From NCBI GenBank assembly GCA_013265495.1, contig MU058531.1:860678-924677 (forward strand): a DNA stretch of 64,000 bases, given 5' to 3'. Position 1 is the first letter of the stretch; the number at the start of each line of letters is the position of its first letter. This document shows, piece after piece, positions 13,624 to 22,960 of this stretch. The notes below the pieces were generated by a model that worked only from the letters and a program-made list of their open reading frames with translations, did no database searches and was not told where the DNA came from. A program made the position numbers and the translations under genes. The DNA comes from Vicugna vicugna (taxonomy: Eukaryota).

Positions 13624-14414
13624 TCTCCTTTCATCACTCTCCCAAGAAAAGCAGGACTCCCTCTCCCTATGTCATGCAGCTCTCGGTAGGAGCCCAAACC
13701 TCAAAGCAGCTGGGACGGCAAGGTGAAAACAAGGATGTTTGATCACTTCATCTGAAGACTTGAAACCAAGTGGAAGAGAGCCGCCTTCCTTCTGCTTCCA
13801 TTAAATTAAAAAAAAATGGCTCAGCAATCTGCTTAATCAGACTCCAACTTGGCTATTTTCTCAGCTGTTTACCATTTTAGTGTTGCCACCATTCTTTTGA
13901 GATAGATATGACAGGAACAGTGCCACCTGGGTGTCTCTCCAGGAACAATAAGTAGAGAATTATTATAGACACAGGAGAAGTACACTTTCCATGTATCCCT
14001 ACGGTGCTACTGACTTTCTAAAGTTAAGATCCTCGTCTAAAATCCCAAGCAAGGTACATAGGTAACAGTCAAGAGTTGTTTGCTAACGCCACTCCAAACA
14101 CCTATGGGAAAAGGTAATGCTGATAAAGAAATGACTGGGTAAGAGTTTTTCTTTGTGTGTGAGAGATGTTTGTCTTTGCCTAATGGGTTTAAAAATAAAA
14201 GATCAGCTCTCCACAGATTGCTCCTTTCCTCTCAAAAACCGAGCCTGTTGTGCATGTGTGGACCAGAGCAACTAGGTCCCGATTCCACGTGGATAACTGA
14301 GGAAAATGAGACAAAGTGCACTTCTGCACTGCTTGATGATTTTTCCATTCAGAGGAGCTACTGGAATAATCATGTATTTGGTCTAAATGCAGTATTTACT
14401 AAACATAAATATAT

Positions 14415-14600
14415 ACTATAATAGCAATAAAAGCAAATACTGTGAGTGAGCAGGCACTATTCTAAGCATTTTGCAAGTATCAATTCATTTCATACTCCCA
14501 AGACCCCCATGCAATAGATGCTAGTATTAATTTTGTTTTACCTATCAGGAAACTAAGACAGTGAGAGTCAAGTCACTTACCTAAGGTCACACAACGAGTA
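14415..14600 (-). mobile_element. MIR SINE
   Basis: 'caggcactattctaagcattt...caggaaactaagacagtgagagtcaagtcacttacctaaggtcacacaac'. Confidence 0.85.
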
Positions 14601-14604
14601 GATA

Positions 14605-14765
14605 CAGTCGTCCCTCGGTGCCTATGGGGGATTGGTTCCAGGACCCCTCTGAATAGTGAACACCCAAATCCGCGGATGCTCAAGTCCCTGGTGTGAGATG
14701 GCAGAGTACCTAAGGGTCAGTGCCCCTCTGCATCCGCGAAACCTACAGGTGAGGAGAGCTGACTG
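14605..14765 (+). mobile_element. Short MER2/MER8-type Tigger MITE (161 bp) with TA TSD
   Basis: Starts CAGTCGTCCCTCGG..GGGGGATTGGTTCCAGGACCCC and ends GGAGAGCTGACTG (terminal inverted repeats). Flanked by TA at 14603-14604 and 14766-14767. Confidence 0.85.
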
Positions 14766-15669
14766 TATCTTGAAACAATATTTAAACAAAGACAGGTAAA
14801 GAATAGTACCTCTTGCCACTAATTTTTGTTTCCATCACCACTTAATTAAACCTTGGGCTTAGGAAAATTTTTATTTTCTCGAAAAAAGAAAAAAGAATCC
14901 CTGCCTGAGGCCAGAGCTCCCCTCCTGACTATTTGCAGTCTGCGTGTTATGACACAGGGTGCGTCCCCCTATTGACACAGTTAATTTGAGGGTAGTTCTC
15001 ACTAGACATTCATGCCATGGGTAAAGAAAACTGCTATCTGTGCAAGTGGGTTGTGTTACCTGTGGTGATTCCATATTCTTTCTTTTTCCTGCATCAGAAA
15101 CAAAAATTGAGACTTCTGAAATCCCCAAGAGTTTCTCCCAAAAGGTCATTCTAGCCATTATCATGTCTCAACCCAAAAACTTATAAAGGAACTGAGTTGC
15201 TGGTTCATTCAAATAGCTCTCCTCCCAGTGCCCAGGAGTTGCCTGCGACAGCACTTGACCTCTCTGGCTTAGCTCCGCTTAGCAAAAACAATTCCTTACT
15301 GGGGCCTTGCTCCTGGAACATTTAAAAGCATAATTTAGAAAGAGCAGTAGCTTTTAAATACCGTCACATACTGCTTCCCTCACTAGGTGCAAATGTCTTA
15401 TGAATTTTAAGTGAGCCTCCTACCTAAACCAAAGATACAGACCTCGGTCTCCAAAATTAAATTTGCCACATTTTAAAATCCTGAGGAAATTCTAGCTAAC
15501 AAATGACCTTAGGTGCCAATGTGTACAACAAGGAAAATTTCCAGCTCCTTAGCTTGTGGGTTAGTTCCAACTTTCCTCCCCCAAAATGATGAGGCTAATT
15601 GAATTAAGGATTCTAGACTCCCAAGCTTTTAAAACAATGGCCCATTTAGTGCTGGAAACAGAAAACTAT

Positions 15670-16960
15670 GGGAAGGGGCCAAGATGGCGGAGCAGAAGGA
15701 CTCTCGTAGCTCACGCTCTCCCACGAATACACCAAGAGTGACATCCACGGACCCACCCAGCCACTCAGAACACCTGCTGAACTTTGACAGAACACCTCCT
15801 TCTTCAAAAGACAAAACATGCCACAAATCTGATAGGAGAAAAGGAGAAAGGAAGGAAGAAAAAGGAAAACAGTACAGGATTGGTCCCGCGCTGAGGGAGC
15901 AGCAAAGGAGGACCAGCGCTCGTTCGCTGGGTCTCCGCCTCTCCAACGGCGAGGCCAGCTGGGACAGAGGGGGAGCCTCAGAAGCTCAGATCTGTACAGA
16001 ATAGCCCTTGACTGGCAGAACTAAGATAAATGGGCACAAAGGGTCCCTGCGACCCCCAGCCCTAGATGTGAACAGGCGGGGGTGGGATGGGACCGGCTGC
16101 CGGAGCCGGAGCCCGGCGGAGGACTTGGCCGACTGCACAGAGGCCACCTCAGGGGACTGACTGTAGGGTGCTGTGCGCTATGGCTGGGAGGGGATACAGA
16201 GCAGAACAACCTGGGTTCCCCATAAAATATGAAAAAAAAAAAACCCAAAGCATCCCTGCTGGTGTGCGCTGGGGGGAGGGGTGCCGTAGCCTCTGTCTCC
16301 ACAGACCCTCGGCGCCATTACTGGCGCGTTCTCCAGAGAACAAAGGTGGGGCTCGGCCACAGCGCCGTATTCTCCGGAGCTGAGGTGAGGTCAAAACCTG
16401 AATCCGTACCCAAGGCCTCGGCAACCTCATGGGCGGAACTGAGATTTGTTTACAGCCCCAGGCAGAGGGGACCGTTCTGCCCCCGGTGCCTCTGTGAACT
16501 CGCGCCTCTAAGACAAACGAGCAAGGAGCGGAGTTCCAGCACACAGCAGGGGCGAGCGCTGGTGCCGCCATTTTCTCCGAGCCCGCTTACCGAGTACGGA
16601 CCCTTCGCGGCCCGGGGAGCGACACAGAACAGGGGAGTGACCTGCCCACCTACCGTGCAGCTGCACTTGGCCTGGAACACGAGGTTGGGAGGAGACATGC
16701 GCCGCCCGCCTAACAGCACTGGGAGCAGCAGACCCAGGGCGTGACGGGAGGGCCTCGAACCAGCGGGCGGAATTCGCGCAGCAGGGCAAGGGCAGGAGCG
16801 GCAACAACCACAGAACAAACAGGAGGCCCCCCTCAATAGCCAGGGCAGGCTCCGGCCACACCCCCAACCGAAGGGATAACTGGCAAAAGGCCTGGAAGGA
16901 AGATCCTGCAACAACTCATACTTAAGAAGGCCCTCTCCACAAAATTATTAAGAGTGCACA
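15670..16960 (+). promoter_or_regulatory. CpG-rich L1 internal Pol II promoter with YY1 site
   Basis: CAAGATGGCGG at 15680-15690, the position typical of L1 5' ends. The ~1.3 kb downstream is GC- and CpG-rich against an AT-rich background. Confidence 0.75.
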
Positions 16961-16982
16961 GTCTCCATGAGAACACATCCAC

Positions 16983-17515
16983 TTTTTTTTTCTTTTTTAA
17001 TTAAAAAAATAGACTTTATTCTTTTAGAGCAGCTCAGGTTCACAACAGAATTTAGCAGAAAATACAGAGAGTTTGTACACAGCCCTCCCCACCCACACAT
17101 ATATACTCCCCTACCCTCAACATCCCTCATCAGTGTGGCGTATTTGGTACAATCGATGAACCAACATGGGCACATTATTATCAACGACAGTCCATAGTTT
17201 ACATTAGGGTTCACTCTTGATGTTGTACATTCTGTGGATTTTGACAAATGCATAATGACATGTATAGCCACCACTATAGTATCATACAGAATAATTTCAT
17301 TGCCCTAAAAATCCCTTGTGCTCCATCTATTCTTTCCTCCCTCCTTCCCTCTCCCCAGACCCCTGGAAATCATGATCTTTCTATGGTTTCTGTAGCTGTG
17401 CCTTTTCCAGAATGTCATTTGGTTGGAATCGTACAGTTTGTAGCCCTTTCAGACTGGCTTCTTTCATTTAGTACTATGTCTTTTAAGTTTCTTGTATGTC
17501 TTTCAAGGCTTGATT
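16983..17515 (-). mobile_element. L1MC-type 3'UTR fragment, antisense, embedded in the young L1 5'UTR
   Basis: 'aatagactttattcttttagagcagctcaggttcacaacagaa...gtccatagtttacattagggttcactcttgatgttgtacattctgtggattttgacaaa' is reverse-complement homologous to the L1MC 3' end at ~38500-39020 in this window. Confidence 0.85.
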
Positions 17516-17560
17516 TTTTTTTAAAGTGCACATCAGTAGTTGAATAGATAATGAAGATGT

Positions 17561-17587
17561 TATATATATATATATATATATATATAT
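17561..17587. repeat. (TA)n microsatellite within an L1 ORF2-end fragment
   Basis: Perfect TA run seen directly. Confidence 0.95.
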
Positions 17588-17699
17588 GCATACAACTCAC
17601 CCATAAAAAAAGGATATTTTGCCATTTGTGGCCCTTCGTTCACTTTTTTCTTCCACTTCAAAAACCAGAATTTTATAACTGGCAGAGACATTTCCATTA

Positions 17700-17960
17700 C
17701 AACAAAATACCTAGGTATAAACTTATTCAAGGAGGTTACCTATACTGTGAAAACCAGAATGACACAAAGAAATGGAAAGATTTCTTGTGCTCTTGGATTG
17801 GAAAAACCAACACTATCAAAATGGCCACACTACCCAAAGCAATTCACAGATCCAGCGCAACCCCCATCAAAACACTCATGACATTCCTCACAGAACTAGA
17901 ACAAACAATTCCAAAATTTATAAGGAACCACAAAAGATCCCAAACAGCTGAGGGAATCTT
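17700..17960 (+). mobile_element. L1 ORF2 fragment (post-RT region) inside the 5'UTR
   Basis: Translation KKWKDFLCSWIGKTNTIKMATLPKAIHRSSATPIKTLMTFLTELEQTIPKFIRNHKR is a diagnostic L1 ORF2 segment. Confidence 0.9.
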
Positions 17961-18029
17961 TTGTAGGTCTCTCTCTCTCTCTCTTTTTTTCTCTTTCTTC
18001 TTTTTGTTCTCTTTTCTTATGGTTTGATG

Positions 18030-18172
18030 ACTAGAAAAGGCCTTTTAACATTTGTTGTAAAGCTGATTTGGTGGTGCTGACATCTTTTAGCTTTTGTTTA
18101 TCTGTGAAGATTCTGATTTCTCCATCAAGTCTGAATGAGAGCCTTGCTGGACAGAGTATTCTTGGTTGTAAG
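18030..18172 (-). mobile_element. L1 ORF1 C-terminal fragment, antisense, inside the 5'UTR
   Basis: Reverse complement translates to LQPRILCPARLSFRLDGEIRIFTDKQKLKDVSTTKSALQQMLKGLF*, homologous to this element's own ORF1 end (MQPRILYPARLSFR...LKGLL). Confidence 0.85.
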
Positions 18173-18239
18173 TATTTTTTCAATTTTTCAATTTTTAATC
18201 CCTTTTAAAATTTTCTTTTAAAGTATATGTATTAATTTT

Positions 18240-18430
18240 TAAAAATTTTGTCTCAATTTGATTTTTATTTCTCTTTGTTTTGTTCTATTATTAACTATAT
18301 TCTGTTTTCAAATCTTTCTTCTTTTAAGTTTTTAAAAATTTGTCTCAAGTTGATTTTTATTTCTCTTCATTTTGTTCTTCTGTTATTGATTATACTGTTT
18401 TCAAATCTTTTTTCTTCTTTAAAATTTTTT
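18240..18430. repeat. Two-unit T-rich tandem repeat (~93-bp period)
   Basis: 'aaaaatt(t)tgtctcaa(t/g)ttgatttttatttctctt...ctgttttcaaatcttt' occurs at ~18241 and ~18334. Confidence 0.85.
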
Positions 18431-18526
18431 TTAGTTTTATTTACACATCTGCTTTAGATAAACAAACCCCTTCACAATAGATAACTGATACTCCATAATC
18501 CATAGTGCCACAGAGATATAAGTAAA

Positions 18527-19455
18527 ACGAAGAAGCAGAGGAACCACTCCCAATTAAAAGAATAAAAGATATCCCCTGAAAGAATGATCAATGAAATAAA
18601 CCTTGATAGTCTACTAGATCATGATTTCAAAAAAGGAGTGATCAAAGTACTGAAGGAACTAAAAGAGATTGTGAATAGAGACAGAGCATATGTCCAAAAG
18701 GAAATTGAAACTATAAAGAGGAGCCAATTAAAACTGCAAAGTTCATTTGCTGAGTTAAGAGCTGAACTAAAAGCTGTAAAAAGTAGGCTAGATAATGCAG
18801 AGGAATGAATAAGTGACTTAGAAGACAGCACAACAGAAGTCACCCAATCAGAACAGTTGACAGAAAAACAAATAAAAAAAAATGAAAACAATATAAGGAA
18901 CCTATGGGATAATATAAAGCATACCAACCTATGCATAATAGGGGTCCCAGAAGGAGAAGAAAGAGCAAAGGGAATTGAAAAAATATTTGAAGAAATCATG
19001 ACTGAAAACTTCCCAAACCTAAAGAAGGAATCAGATATCCAAGCACAGGAAGCACAGAGGGTCCCAAATAAGAAGAACCCACCAAGCACAGACAGAGGGT
19101 CCCAAATAAGAAGAACCCAAACAGACCCACACCAAGACATATTATAATCAGGATGGCCAGGGTTAAGGATAAAGAAATGATTCTAAAGGCAACAAGAGAA
19201 AAATAAAGAGCTATTTACAAGGGAACCCCCATAAGGCTTTCAGCAGGTTTCTCTACACAAACATTGCAGGCCAGAAGAGAGTGGCAAGATATATTCAAAG
19301 CCCTGAATGAGAAAAAGATGCAGCCTAGGATACTTTATCCAGCAAGGCTATCCTTTAGAATAGGAGAGATAAAGAACTTCACAGACAAGCAAAAAATAAA
19401 AGAATTTAGCAACACTAAACCTATGCTAAAAGAAATGTTGAAAGGTCTACTCTAA
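18527..19455 (+). pseudogene. L1 ORF1p pseudogene
   Basis: (ACG)KKQRNHSQLKE*..MINEINLDS..LWDNIKHTNLCIIGVPEGEER..ENFPNL..QARREWQDIFKAL..PRILYPARLSF..LKGLL*. The start appears mutated to ACG, there are in-frame stops at 18563, 18806 and 19204, and a 38-bp duplication causes a frameshift. Confidence 0.92.
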
Positions 19456-19858
19456 ATAGAAAAGAAGCAGGATGTTACAGAAAGGAGAAAACTGTAATTG
19501 GAAAGGTGATAATTACAATGAATTACAACAGAATAAATACAAAATTGCAAAAGAAGACATCTAAACCATTAAGGGTGGGAGAGGGGAGCAAGAAAATACA
19601 GTTTTTTTCTTTTCTTTTCTTTTTTTGTTCTCAGTAGGATGAGTTTGAGCTTATATTACTGTAAGTTTAAAACAAACAAATACAGTAATGGATTAATATA
19701 TATACAAAATAGGGTAACCACAAGCCAAAAGCTTACAATAGAGTCACAAAAACTAAAAAGAAACCAAGATAATACAAAGGAAAATTACCAAACCACAAAA
19801 AAAAAGAAAGAAAGGAACAAAAAGGAAATACCAAATCAACTGCAAAACTAAGTTCAAA

Positions 19859-20101
19859 ATGGCAATAAACACACATCTATCAATAATTACCAGAAATGTC
19901 CACGGACTAAATGCTTCAAACAAAAGACATAGAGTGGCAGACTGGATAATAAAACAAGAACCTACAATATGCTGCATACCAGAGACCCATTTTAGGGAGA
20001 AGGACACACATAGATTGAGAGTGAGAGGATGGAAAAGGATATTCCATGCAAATGGAAATGCCAAGAAATCAGGAGTAGCAATACTGATTTCAGACAAAAT
20101 A
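19859..20101 (+). pseudogene. L1 ORF2p N-terminal APE endonuclease fragment (truncated)
   Basis: MAINTHLSIITRNVHGLNASNKRHRVADWIIKQEPTICCIPETHF..GWKRIFHANGNAKKSGVAILISDKI, followed by non-L1 sequence. Confidence 0.93.
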
Positions 20102-20689
20102 AGCCTCAGAGATAAAGAATGAAATGGTCAGCTACTTGCCTGGAGGTTCATGGGGAGGGGAGATTTTAGCAAACCCAGTTTGGGGGGGGGTTGTTTTATT
20201 TTGTTTTGGGAGAAGGCCATTGTTTTTGATACTGAAAAAAGGCTCCTTGTAACAATCATCATAATGTTTGTCTAGCAGAGAACTTTGGACACATTATGTG
20301 ACTTTCCAGGCAGAAATAAACAAGATTTGAGGCCCCCATTTGTACTTACAGCTGTGACACTTTAAGGATCCAATGAATACCAAAAGCACCAACATAGGTC
20401 ATAAATGATACAAACAGAGCAGCATACCTTAAGGGTGGGTGATTTCTGAGCTGACTTTATCCTGCTACATCCAAGCAATATGAATTTGTTGATAGAAACA
20501 TGTCAGTTTCAACCTTTTCAGTATTCCTGACATTTACTTAGACTAGAGGAACAAAGAGGAAGTTTCACTGTCACCTACAATAGCAAAGCAATCAAATCAT
20601 TGGACCATCTCTACTGCAGAGTATCAGACCAGCCAACTCCATGCCTCTTTAGAAATCCAGCATGATTCTGGAACTTTCAGAGCCCCAAA

Positions 20690-20820
20690 TATAAACTAGA
20701 ATATAAGGAGAGCTGGAGCCTTATTTATCTTGCTCACAAGTATGTTGCAGGTGCCTGGAAGTGTGCCTAGCAGATAGGAGGCACTGAATATACTGACTGA
20801 ACGTTGGTGAATGAATGAGT
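20690..20820 (+). mobile_element. L2 3'-end fragment
   Basis: 'actagaatataag...gtgcctggaagtgtgcctagcagataggaggcactgaatat...gtgaatgaatga'. Confidence 0.75.
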
Positions 20821-20848
20821 CGGGACAACAGAGTTCTGAGTCTGGTTC

Positions 20849-21353
20849 TATAATAGAAAAGAACAAATCTGACTCCATATTACATCTGTTGCTTTGGCTT
20901 TAACCCTGTGCTCAGTTTCCTAGGCTTAGTCTTGATGGTTATGCACATTTAGTAAAAGAATATATTGCCTATAGCCTGGAACATACAGGAGAGCCTATTC
21001 TCAAGGTTCTGATCTTTAAGGGTATTAACGCTTCTCCATTCATATAGAGATAACAAGTTGCAGAATAGAAAATAACATCTGTTTTGTTGGAGGTTTACAG
21101 GGACACCATGACCTAACCCACGTGGACAGCTGCAAGAACAAAGGATTCTGACACACACCCCCCCCTTTTTCATAGTATAAAAGAAGCCTGAATTCTGACT
21201 TGGAGAAGATGGTTCTCTGGACATTAGTCTGCCATCTTCTTGGTCCACTGGCTTTCCAAATAAAGTCATTATTCCTTGCCCCAACACCACGTCTCCCAGT
21301 TTATCCCTTTGGCCTGTTGTGTGGTAAGCAGAATGAGTTTGGACTCGGTAACA
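20849..21353 (+). mobile_element. Solo ERV1-class LTR (MER41-like)
   Basis: TATAAAAG at ~21177, AATAAA at ~21259 and terminus 'tttggactcggtaaca'. About 500 bp. Confidence 0.8.
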
Positions 21354-21742
21354 CTACCACTTCATGTTTCCTACTGTTGATTTAAACAGATGGTAAAATC
21401 TCGATCCTCAGAATTGGAGCAAGTAGGGGTGTAAGATCTAATTTTTAGACTAGTATACAGCGATAGATATCACATAGGAAGCCATCTTCATGGCCTATTT
21501 ATACCAACAAGATGAAGATGCATCCCAAATACTCTGTCAAATGAGGAATAGGCTAGATCTTGATCTCTCAAGAGATCATTGGTTCCAACAGGATACTGAG
21601 ATTCTAGAGTCTCCACTCATGATCATTTTGTTGTGTTTGTATCATGGTCCAATTTTAGATCAACTGCTTCCATGTAGTAAGTTTTCCTTATTCACCAACT
21701 TCTCCCAACTCATAGATTTTCCTCCAAAACCTTTACTGTTTA

Positions 21743-22164
21743 GAGGCATACCTCATTTTATTGAGTTTCCCTTTATTGCATTTCACAGGTACTGGGTTTT
21801 TCACAATTGACGGTTTGCAGCAACCCCACATTGAGCAAGTCTATTAGAGCCATTTTCCCAACAGCCTCTGCTCACATTGTAGTGATTCTAAAAATATTTC
21901 AAACTCTCCACCAGCAAAAAGGTTAGGACTCGCTGATGGCTTAGAGAACTGTTAGCATTTTTTAGCAATAAAGTATTTTTAAATTAAGGTATATACATAT
22001 TCTAGACACAATACTATTTCATAGTTAATAGACTACAGTATAGTGTAAACATAACTTTTATATGTACTGGGAAACCAATAAATACATGTGACTTATTCTA
22101 CTGCAATATTTGCTTTATTGCAGTGGTCTGAATCCAAACCTACAATATCGCTGAGGCATGCCCA
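21743..22164 (+). mobile_element. Internally deleted Tigger1 derivative (Tigger1a-type MITE) with TA TSD
   Basis: Tigger1 left end 'aggcatacctcattttattg...' is joined to the right end '...caatatcgctgaggcatgcc'. TA on both sides. Confidence 0.9.
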
Positions 22165-22799
22165 TATTTTCACAAATAGGTTTCATAATCAGATATATAA
22201 AGAGAAACATGGCAACGCCAATTCCACCCCACCAGGGACTAGTTCCTGAAAGCAGGTTTCAGACCTTGTTTTTCAGACAAAAGTAGAAATAATTGGGCTG
22301 CACTTAGGTCTATTTTTATGAAATTATTCTGAAGAACAGTCATTATGCTGGGAAGATTCTACCTTATCTATTTCCGTGGGTTTGCTAAAGGAGGACAGTG
22401 GTTTGTGAAATAGCATTTGTGAGCTTTTAAAATCGCCACACTTTCTGCAGTAGTTGATGTCTTACCTATTTCCGTGGGCGTAACCTCCAAGCCCAAACTT
22501 AAAAGAAAAATATCCACCAGTAGTTCTGCTTTAATAACAATTCTTCTTTACAATGTCCAGAACTCTTATGACATGTTTAGAAAAAATAATCCTTATAAAT
22601 ATATCAATTCACATCATAAAAGCAACGTTATGACTATTAGACAGTGAGGCAGTCTGTCTGTTGGCAGGACATTTGTTTTTCTGATGAGTTTCTAAAATGT
22701 GCTCCAGAGCAGAGAGAGATTCATGCTGCGTAGGATTTCCCAGCAGGGCTGTTCCGTATCCTGAGATTTGCAGTTACCTCAGCAACTTTCATGTATGCA

Positions 22800-22960
22800 A
22801 GTGGTTTAGGGCAACTGGATGAGTTTCCAGACCAAAGACACTGGCTCTAATCCTGGACCTGCTGATAGAATTCACTTCCTTTAAATGAATTTCCTCATCT
22901 CCAAAATGTGTGGGTCGGACAAGATGATTTCGAGGGTTCCCCAGAAGCCTCAAGTTCTAA
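22800..22960 (+). mobile_element. MIR-family SINE fragment
   Basis: 'ctggctctaatcctgg...tttcctcatctccaaaatg...gatgatttcgagggttcc'. Confidence 0.65.

Larger units (their letters stand above)
15670..20101 (+). mobile_element. Relatively young L1: complete 5' end, long mosaic 5'UTR, disrupted ORF1, inter-ORF spacer and start of ORF2; 3'-truncated
   Basis: 5' terminus 'gggaaggggccaagatggcggagcagaagg', followed by colinear ORF1 and ORF2 translations. L1 similarity stops at about 20101. Confidence 0.9.

Noticed and set aside
15629..16914. Cluster of overlapping 90-170 aa ORFs suggesting a gene or host CpG-island promoter
   Set aside because: The block starts with an L1 5' terminus and leads into L1 ORF1. 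Stop codons are scarce because of high GC content.
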